In this document: in pieces, positions 57,262 to 64,000 of the stretch
Numbering within the stretch: the stretch's first letter is position 1
How the letters are laid out: the number at the start of each line of letters is the position of its first letter
Assembly (NCBI GenBank): GCA_963817955.1
Contig: CAWFQK010000003.1
Coordinates: 210,200-274,199, forward strand
Source: an uncultured Gemmatimonadaceae bacterium
GTDB taxonomy: Bacteria; Gemmatimonadota; Gemmatimonadetes; Gemmatimonadales; Gemmatimonadaceae
DNA length: 64,000 nt
Direction of reading: 5' to 3'
The notes under the pieces: model-generated
Told to the model about the DNA's origin: nothing
The model's input: only the letters and a program-made list of their open reading frames with translations
The model's database searches: none
Program-made: the position numbers and the translations under genes

Positions 57262-58881
57262 CTATGGCTTCTTCGTCGGCGCGGGAGCTTTGGGTGCGGC
57301 TGCGGCGAGTGGCTCGCCGGCCATGGTGAACAGCGCGCGTTGGGTCGAGCTGTGGTCGAGCAGATCGATCGCCTTGCGGAGCGGCGCGTCGTACGCCAGG
57401 TCACGACGCTTGGCTGTGGAATCGCCGGATACGAAATGCGCGACGCGCTGCTCGATCATACGATTCACGTACCGGCTCGCCGCGTCGTACGACGCACGAT
57501 CGACGGTGACTCCCTTTGCCTGCAGGCGATTGTAGAACTCATTCGTCCACGCCGGCTGCACGGTGAAGGTAGGCGGAGCGCTCTTTGCCAACTCCATTGC
57601 GTAGTCTTGTAATACCGTCAGGAAATCCTGGCCCTTGGGGGCGATGGTCTTGGCGAACTGCTGCTCGGCCTTCGTGAGGGTGTCGTCCTGCACAATGACG
57701 TCGGGCGTGATACCACCGCCCCCATAGACGATGCGCCCTGCGTCGGACTTGTAGGCCGGCCGCTTGGTCTTGGAGGCGTTCGTTTCTGTGGTGTCGGGCA
57801 GGTCTTCCACGAACTGGCCGTTCACGAACTTACGCGGACGCTGAATGGAGCGGCCGCTCGGCGTGAACCACTTGCCCGTGGTGAGCTTGAGCGCATAACC
57901 GCCGTCCAGGTTGTATATGCCCTGCACGAGGCCCTTGCCGAAGCTCGTCTGACCGACGACCAGCGCGCGGTCGTGGTCTTGCAGCGCGCCGGTCACGATT
58001 TCGGCGGCCGACGCTGTGCGCTCGTCCGTGAGAATGATGAGCGGAATCGATGTGGACAACGGCATCACGCGCGCCGTGTAGTTCTCAGCCGCCCCGTCAC
58101 GTCCCTTCACGGCCGCGATCTGCTGACCCTGCTGCATGAACATGTTGGCGATGTCGAGGCTCTCGGTGAGGATGCCGCCTGGATCGCCGCGCATGTCGAT
58201 GATCAGCCCACGGTCGCCTTGCCCCTGTAGCTGCTTCACAGCCGCCGCGACATTCTCCGCGGCGTTCTCGTTGAATTGCTGCAGCGGGATGTACCCAATC
58301 TTGTTCCCGAGCGTGAGCGTGAACGGCACGGCCGGTATGTGAATGATCGCGCGCGTGAACGTCGCGTCGATCGGCGCACCGACGCCAGTACGCGCAAAGG
58401 TCACGTTCACCTTCGTGCCTGGCGTGCCGGTGAGCGAATCAGACACCTGGCTGAGCGTCCAGCCCTGCGTGGACAGGGCGCCAACCTTGACGATTCTGTC
58501 TCCCTCACGCACACCGCCATTCTCGGCCGGCGTATTGGGATAGACCGTGGCGATTGAGATCTGATGCGTCTGCGGATCCTCCTGGATCAGCATGCCCAGT
58601 CCGCCGTATCGGCCGTTTGTGCGGCTATTGAATTGTTTGAGATCCTTGGGCGCGAGCAACTCGCTGTAGGGGTCGTTGAGCTCCTGCACGAGGCCGCGCG
58701 CCGCCTTCTCGTAGACGTCGGGCAGAGGAAGGGTGTCGACGTAGCGATCGCTGACGAGTCCCATTACCTGCTCGAGGAGTTGGGCGCCGTCGCGCTGAGA
58801 CCGCGTCTGCAGCACGAAGCCGCCGACGATTACCGGAATGACGAGTGCGCCGATCAGCGCGAGCTTGCGAGTTGGTGGCAT
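57262..58881 (-). CDS. S41 C-terminal processing peptidase (CtpA/Prc) with PDZ domain
   Basis: LNDPYS, YGGLG, DMRGDPGG, TASAAEI (Ser), FGKG (Lys), TPSGRSIQ. Confidence 0.93.
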   Translation of the reverse strand: MPPTRKLALIGALVIPVIVGGFVLQTRSQRDGAQLLEQVMGLVSDRYVDTLPLPDVYEKAARGLVQELNDPYSELLAPKDLKQFNSRTNGRYGGLGMLIQEDPQTHQISIATVYPNTPAENGGVREGDRIVKVGALSTQGWTLSQVSDSLTGTPGTKVNVTFARTGVGAPIDATFTRAIIHIPAVPFTLTLGNKIGYIPLQQFNENAAENVAAAVKQLQGQGDRGLIIDMRGDPGGILTESLDIANMFMQQGQQIAAVKGRDGAAENYTARVMPLSTSIPLIILTDERTASAAEIVTGALQDHDRALVVGQTSFGKGLVQGIYNLDGGYALKLTTGKWFTPSGRSIQRPRKFVNGQFVEDLPDTTETNASKTKRPAYKSDAGRIVYGGGGITPDVIVQDDTLTKAEQQFAKTIAPKGQDFLTVLQDYAMELAKSAPPTFTVQPAWTNEFYNRLQAKGVTVDRASYDAASRYVNRMIEQRVAHFVSGDSTAKRRDLAYDAPLRKAIDLLDHSSTQRALFTMAGEPLAAAAPKAPAPTKKP

Positions 58882-58955
58882 GCGAGGTTCCAGCCTGGTG
58901 TTGGTTCGTTAACGATAACTGCAATAGCAACGCCCGGCGCCGCGCGCCGGCTGCT

Positions 58956-59162
58956 TCAGCCGTAGTTGTCCTGGTCAGTCGATCCGCCGAGCTGTTCGTT
59001 ATTATCGGCGTGCCGATTCCAGAGAGACTTCCAGGATAGTGCCACGCCGGAGCGAAATCGCTTCTTTGTGAGCCGGAATCCCTGGGGCGAGATCGTGATC
59101 GTGAACAGCGCACCGTCAATCTCGATCTCGCGCCGAATCGTCTTGTCGAGCTTTGTGGGCAT
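58956..59162 (-). CDS. Small conserved-looking hypothetical protein
   Basis: MPTKLDKTIRREIEIDG...TISPQGFRLTKKRFRSGVALSW; directly downstream of the repA-like gene. Confidence 0.6.
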   Translation of the reverse strand: MPTKLDKTIRREIEIDGALFTITISPQGFRLTKKRFRSGVALSWKSLWNRHADNNEQLGGSTDQDNYG

Positions 59163-59196
59163 ACCCTTGATACCCTTGCCGGGCGACGATGTTCTT

Positions 59197-60066
59197 TCAG
59201 TAGGACCCCAACACCTTCCCTCTTCTCCCCGCGAGAACGTAGTCGACATACCACTCCCTGTCCCTCTGTCTCACGGCGGCTTCCCGAATGATACCGGCGT
59301 TGGTCAATAGTTCGTGCGCAGGTTGCAGTACCCGTTGGAGGTGTGACGGGTAGCGCTGTGTGAGCGGTAGTTGTTCCCGCAACCGGTCGAGCGAAACGCG
59401 CCAGGCAAGAACGCCGTCAGCGCGGGCGACCTCAATGAGACGGTAGAGACGGCGGGCGACAGGAGAGGGGAGTGCGAGATAGCGGGTCACATTGAGCGTG
59501 ACGACGTGCCGGGCAGCGAGGTTCTGACGAAGGACCGGGGAAATCACCACGCGCGCTTGGCCAGGCTCCGCGGCGACGACGGCAGGAAAGAGCGCGAGCT
59601 GATCGCGCTCCGACGATCGGCGCCGCTCGATCATGACGGAGCTGAGCACGGCGAAGCTGAGATCGGCGACACCAGACACCGCCGCTTCGAAGTAGCTCTG
59701 CTCCGACTGTAATACCGTGCGCTCGAGACGTGCCAGCGACCCACGAAGCTGCTCGTATGTCCGCCCATCGGCCTGGCGGCCAATGGAGCGAAGAAATGAG
59801 TGCAGCGTGAAGGAAACGGCTCCATCAGCGGGCTCTCCTGCTTCGTGGAATCGATGCATGAGCTCCACGTACACGTCCTGATCGAACGTGCCCGGAATCC
59901 GGTCGCCTGGCACTGCCAGCACGCGCCAGCGGCCGCCATCGGCCGTGACGTAGCTGATGGCGGCATCCTCAGACGAGTCGCTCAAACGGAAGAGGGGGAA
60001 TTCCTCCAGGGAGCGGTCGAGCAGGGCCGTTCGGGTGTGTGGCCGGCTGCGCGTTGCCAGCGTCAT
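59197..60066 (-). CDS. Plasmid-type replication initiator protein A (RPA/TrfA-like)
   Basis: LEEFPLFRLS, PGTFDQDVYVEL, FTLHSFLRSIG...GRTYEQLRGSLARL, L.SPVARRLYRL, SLDRLREQLPL: double winged-helix Rep pattern. Confidence 0.75.
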   Translation of the reverse strand: MTLATRSRPHTRTALLDRSLEEFPLFRLSDSSEDAAISYVTADGGRWRVLAVPGDRIPGTFDQDVYVELMHRFHEAGEPADGAVSFTLHSFLRSIGRQADGRTYEQLRGSLARLERTVLQSEQSYFEAAVSGVADLSFAVLSSVMIERRRSSERDQLALFPAVVAAEPGQARVVISPVLRQNLAARHVVTLNVTRYLALPSPVARRLYRLIEVARADGVLAWRVSLDRLREQLPLTQRYPSHLQRVLQPAHELLTNAGIIREAAVRQRDREWYVDYVLAGRRGKVLGSY

Positions 60067-60209
60067 GTGAGCAAGACGGCGGTCAAGAACCTCGATGGTC
60101 CGGTATAGGGTTTCGGGCGTTTTGTCTCGGGTAAGGATGGCACGCGGGAGGCTCCTGGACCAGAACTGACCCGGTCGTGGCACGGACCGTGTTACCGTAG
60201 TTCGCGCCC

Positions 60210-61502
60210 ATGGCACGAATCAAACGCGTCGGTCTCGTCATTCTTGGCTTCATCGTCCTCTCACTCGCGCTCATCGGCGCGCTGACGGTGACGCGTGGTA
60301 CTCCACTCGGCCGAGTCGTCACGTTGTCTGCGGCCGAGCCGCCGCGGGTGACCGACTCGTTGTTCGAGCGCACGTACGAACTATTCACTGGCACCCATAT
60401 CTTCGCCGGGAACGTAGTCACCCCAGAGTTGAATGGGAGCGTATATCCGCCGCTCTGGGCGGATCTGCGCTCGGCGCGGAAGTCGATCACCGTACAGATG
60501 TATTACTCGCTGCCAGGCAAGGTAGCGGACACATTGGCGACGATCCTCGAGGAGCGCGCGCGCGCCGGCGTCCGAACGTTGTTCCTCATCGATGCCTTCG
60601 GCTCTCAGCACTTGTCGCGAGCGTATCTACGCCGGTTGCGTGCCGCCGGCGTGGAGGTAGCAAAGCTGCGGACCCTGCACTGGTTCACCATACATGACGC
60701 GAGCGACCGTTCTCACGTTCGCGTCGTGGTCGTGGACGGTCGGGTGGGGTACACTGGTGGGTTCGGTCTGGCGGACTACTGGCTGGGCGACGGCCATCAC
60801 CAGGACCAGTGGCGCGAGTCCAACGTTCGATTCGAGGGGCCCGCGGTCATGCAGCTCCAGGCTGCGTTCTCCGCTGCCTGGGGCGAGGCGACCGGCGAGC
60901 TGATCACCGGCAGCCTCTTCTTTCCGAACAGCGGATTCCAGCCCGTCGGAATGACCCACGCCGGCTTGATGTATACGGCACCGACCACGGGCAGCACTCC
61001 CGCCGAGCGCTTTCTGGCGTTGACGATCAGCGGCGCGCGGAAAACGCTCTATATCGCGAACTCGTATTTCGTACCCGACGCCGACTTTCGCGGTTTGCTC
61101 GAACGGGCCGCAAGGCGCGGCGTGGACGTCCGCATACTCACTGTCAGCGGGAAGACCGATATCAAGACGACGTGGTACGCCGGACGCTATCGCTATGAGG
61201 AATTACTCAGGACCGGCGTGAAGATCTACGAGTACAAGCCAACCATGCTGCACTCGAAGACTATCGTCGCCGACGGTCTGTGGAGCTCGATCGGATCGAT
61301 GAATTTCGACAACCGGTCAATGGCGTTCAACGATGAAGCCAATCTCGTGGTGCTCGACTCGGCGTTTGGCGCGTCGATGGACGCCAGCTTCCTCGACGAC
61401 CTGCGTTACTCCAAGGAGATCAACCTCGCGGAGTTCCAGCGCCGTTCCGTGTGGAGCAAGATGCTCGAAGCCGGCGCGACCCTACTGTCTCGCCTGCTCT
61501 AA
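60210..61502 (+). CDS. Cardiolipin synthase-like phospholipase D (ClsB type)
   Basis: Two PLD motifs (HVRVVVVD, HSKTIVAD), WRESNVRFEGP, SYFVPD, GSMNFDNRS. Confidence 0.88.
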   Translation: MARIKRVGLVILGFIVLSLALIGALTVTRGTPLGRVVTLSAAEPPRVTDSLFERTYELFTGTHIFAGNVVTPELNGSVYPPLWADLRSARKSITVQMYYSLPGKVADTLATILEERARAGVRTLFLIDAFGSQHLSRAYLRRLRAAGVEVAKLRTLHWFTIHDASDRSHVRVVVVDGRVGYTGGFGLADYWLGDGHHQDQWRESNVRFEGPAVMQLQAAFSAAWGEATGELITGSLFFPNSGFQPVGMTHAGLMYTAPTTGSTPAERFLALTISGARKTLYIANSYFVPDADFRGLLERAARRGVDVRILTVSGKTDIKTTWYAGRYRYEELLRTGVKIYEYKPTMLHSKTIVADGLWSSIGSMNFDNRSMAFNDEANLVVLDSAFGASMDASFLDDLRYSKEINLAEFQRRSVWSKMLEAGATLLSRLL

Positions 61503-61525
61503 CGTCCCTGTCTCACGGCTCGCCG

Positions 61526-62074
61526 TCATCGAATGTCCTCGCGGCCCAGCGCGGCGCGAATGGCTTCCCGCATCGCGATGAGCGCTTCGTCGCGCGAAGC
61601 CGGTGAGTCGTCGCGCACGTGCAGTTCAATGCCGTCGGCCACGGGCATGCGGCGCCAGCTTGGCGATGGCTCATCGTCGTTCGCCTGCTTTCGTGTCTCA
61701 ATGGTTGCGCCGAGTGCGGCGGCCAGCGATGACGCCACGCGCCGCTCGAGTGTGTCGCCGGCAAACTCTTTCATCTCCCGCTTGATCGTCTCCAGCGTGT
61801 GCCCTTCTCGCTGGCGGATCTTGATCGCCAGGAGCTGGAGGAAATGCCGGTAGTTGTACGTGGCGGCCGTTCCGGTGCCCTCAGGCCGTTCGAGCAAGCC
61901 GTTCGCGACGTAGAAGCGGATCGATCGCGCGCTCGGCGCCGCACGCGCCGATGCGTTCGTTGGGCGTACGCCGGCCGCGTCGACGAGCGCGGTGACATGC
62001 GCGGCGAGTCCGCGGGCGTTCCACGGGGCGTGACGCGCGTGGGCGCGCAGGAGAGCGATCGGAGAGTCAGCCAT
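61526..62074 (-). CDS. MerR-family HTH transcriptional regulator
   Basis: RSIRFYVANGLLERP.G....ATYNYRHFLQLLAIK..Q.EG.TLETIK. Confidence 0.8.
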   Translation of the reverse strand: MADSPIALLRAHARHAPWNARGLAAHVTALVDAAGVRPTNASARAAPSARSIRFYVANGLLERPEGTGTAATYNYRHFLQLLAIKIRQREGHTLETIKREMKEFAGDTLERRVASSLAAALGATIETRKQANDDEPSPSWRRMPVADGIELHVRDDSPASRDEALIAMREAIRAALGREDIR

Positions 62075-62165
62075 GTACAGCGAGAAACCTATGGGATGGG
62101 CACTCGAACAGTAACGTGCGAGTGCCCGAACGATCACCGAACGACGACGAGGAAGGGATATTAAC

Positions 62166-62205
62166 AAAAAAAAGCAGCGGAGCGCGCATGCCAACGCTCC
62201 GCTGC
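62166..62205 (-). terminator. Rho-independent terminator
   Basis: GCAGCGGAGCG-N10-CGCTCCGCTGC with A8 on the + strand (U tract on the - strand). Confidence 0.8.
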
Positions 62206-62224
62206 CGTAGAAAGCTGAGTGAGC

Positions 62225-62953
62225 CTAACGGCGCCCTGACTTCTTGGCTGCGCCCTTCTTGGCACCCCCCTTCTTTGCAACCGTCTTCTTGGCAACCGTT
62301 TTCTTGGCGCTGCTCTTCTTGGCCGCCTTCTTTGCAACAACCTTCTTCACCGCACCCTTCTTGGCCGCGGGCTTGGCGACGCCCTTCTTGGCAACAGCCT
62401 TCTTCGAAGCGGCCTTGCCAGCCTTCTTGGGGGTCGCTTTGCTGACGGGCGCTGCTTTCTTTGGCGCCGCCTTCGAAGACGCCGCCTTCTGAGCGGGCGC
62501 GCTCTTGGCCGCGGGTTTTGGAGCTACGGTCTTGGCAGCAGCGGGTTTTGCCGGCGCTTTCGCCACTACCTTCGCTTGACTGGCTGCCGGCGTTGCCCCT
62601 GAGCCACTCGTCGCGGCCGCACCAGCACCGCTCGTCATCGCACTGCTGCTGCCGGAGCCCGCGGGACGACCGGGACGGGACGGACGCGCGCGACCGAACA
62701 CGTCGCCCTCGTCCTCCTCGTCTTCACCGACTTCCAGAGTCACGGCGCCGGTTTCCTCCTCGTCTTCATCGGTGTCGTCGGTGCTGTCCCAGAGGTCGTC
62801 GCTGTCGTCCTTGTGGGTCATCCAGCCACCATCCTCTTCGTCGTCGTCGTCGTACGACGCGCCACCACCGCCACTACCATATCCCAGATCGTCGACGTCG
62901 TCGTCTCGATCGGAAAACCGGAACTCCTCGCGCAACTCGTCACCTCGCGGCAT
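62225..62953 (-). CDS. Bipartite low-complexity protein: Asp/Glu-rich N-half and histone-H1-like Lys/Ala-rich C-half
   Basis: RBS AGGAGG, downstream terminator, composition read directly. Confidence 0.75.
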   Translation of the reverse strand: MPRGDELREEFRFSDRDDDVDDLGYGSGGGGASYDDDDEEDGGWMTHKDDSDDLWDSTDDTDEDEEETGAVTLEVGEDEEDEGDVFGRARPSRPGRPAGSGSSSAMTSGAGAAATSGSGATPAASQAKVVAKAPAKPAAAKTVAPKPAAKSAPAQKAASSKAAPKKAAPVSKATPKKAGKAASKKAVAKKGVAKPAAKKGAVKKVVAKKAAKKSSAKKTVAKKTVAKKGGAKKGAAKKSGRR

Positions 62954-63185
62954 GCCCGCCTCCTGAGGGGTGTGTGATCAGGCGAAATATTTCGTCGGCA
63001 CACGACTGCTTGGTGGGCAGCACGTGTCATGCCGAGCACTGACATGCGCAATGTCGTCGCGCACGGTGTGTCTTTCAACGACTTAGTATACTGGGCGGAG
63101 CGCTTCGTCAAGAAGAAGACGAAGGGTGCAACACGAAAGCATCGACACACAGTAGCCTAGCCTAGCGCCGCGACGTAACCCCTAA

Positions 63186-63974
63186 TCAGGGCGTCTTGGT
63201 GCCCAGCGCCGCGTTGATATCGTTCTCGTGGTTGAGGTATTCCTGGAGTTGCTTGGCCCGTTCTGCCGGCGCGGCCGCCACGAGCTTGCTGTGATAGGTC
63301 TGCTCTGCAGCTGTGTTCTTGCGTAACCGCGCGGCCTCGCCGGCGAGTATCAACCCGAGCAAGTGGTTCGGATTCTTGGCGAGAATGGTGTCGGCTTGGG
63401 CGCGCGCCATCCGTTCGTCGCCCGTGATCGCCGCGATGCGGCCAACGTCATAGTGTTGGTCGAGATCCAGCGTGCCGATCATCTGGTACGCCGCGATGGC
63501 CATTGGAGCAAAGATCTGCACGGAATCTGCTCGACCGCGTTCGTGCTGGCCCATGACCCGGTTGTACAGGCGTATAGCCGCCTCCCCGGGCGAAAGATTG
63601 CTGATGTCTGACGCCTGCCCATTGCCGGTAGCGCCGGTGTTGTTCGCTATCGGCGCCGGAGTCGTGTCGGACGGTGCGCGACTGAACCGCTGTCCGGCGA
63701 CGAGCGCGATGAACGCAACGAGCGCGATTGCCGCGACGCCCCACGGGAGCGCTGATGAGAAGCTGCGTTCCTGTGAGACAACAGCGCCAGCCTGGGCCGG
63801 CGCGCCGCACCGATGGCAGAATTTCGCGCCGGGGGCGAGCGGAGCGTCGCACGATGCACAGGTGGCGCCGGCGAGCGTAGCGCCACAGCTGGAACAGAAT
63901 TTCCCCGCAGCGGCGGCGCCGCAGGCGGGACACTGGTCCGGCTTACCTGCTTTAGGGGTCGGAGAGGAGGCCAT
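63186..63974 (-). CDS. Double zinc-ribbon membrane protein with C-terminal helical/TPR-like domain
   Basis: CPAC..FCSSC..CASC..FCHRC, TM helix WGVAAIALVAFIALVAG. Confidence 0.75.
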   Translation of the reverse strand: MASSPTPKAGKPDQCPACGAAAAGKFCSSCGATLAGATCASCDAPLAPGAKFCHRCGAPAQAGAVVSQERSFSSALPWGVAAIALVAFIALVAGQRFSRAPSDTTPAPIANNTGATGNGQASDISNLSPGEAAIRLYNRVMGQHERGRADSVQIFAPMAIAAYQMIGTLDLDQHYDVGRIAAITGDERMARAQADTILAKNPNHLLGLILAGEAARLRKNTAAEQTYHSKLVAAAPAERAKQLQEYLNHENDINAALGTKTP

Positions 63975-64000
63975 GCAATCAATTTACACGCGGGTAGGCG

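Noticed and set aside
59197..60066. Integrated plasmid or prophage around the repA-like gene
   Set aside because: No integrase, att repeats, tRNA target, partition, transfer or phage genes in the flanks.

Overview
GC-rich chromosomal segment, probably from a Gemmatimonadota bacterium (inferred from gene repertoire and protein style; no rRNA or tRNA is present to confirm it). About 1-31 kb and 56-64 kb hold housekeeping-type genes: ispG, a divergent argR-argGH / argCBDA cluster with tandem ARG boxes, two cold-shock genes, peptidases (M16, M28, M1, S41), a GH3 NagZ-like enzyme, YhaM, a stand-alone LigD polymerase, NrtR, a cardiolipin synthase-like PLD, two histone-H1-like proteins and an orphan plasmid-type replication initiator (RepA/RPA-like). 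The accessory core at about 31.7-56.0 kb is a type IV filament locus. It has an MSHA-like assembly operon (MshEN-PilB, PilC, PilM-N fusion, PilO, PilP/MshK, MshL secretin, ExeA/MshM, MshN-like TPR, STN lipoprotein, GT-C glycosyltransferase) converging on six GspG-like pilin domains, an ~1100-aa Cys/Ig-repeat lipoprotein with a His-Asp loop, and a 1387-aa membrane-spanning SARP/BTAD-STAND regulator with extracytoplasmic beta-propeller, Ig and lectin-like domains. The best new signal is a conserved promoter module: three GTAAC-like boxes at 0/+21/+32 bp, then 8-9 bp and a -10 hexamer, which is the geometry of SARP-activated promoters. It occurs three times upstream of pilin genes, suggesting a one-component transmembrane STAND receptor that switches on the pilin array. 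Eight inferred single-base insertions cluster in the pilin and glycosyltransferase genes (37.5 kb and 42.9-44.5 kb). They are either long-read consensus errors in a strain-variable island or real inactivation. A MITE-like GxxExxY remnant and REP/heptamer repeats are also present. No CRISPR array, intact transposase or RNA gene was found.
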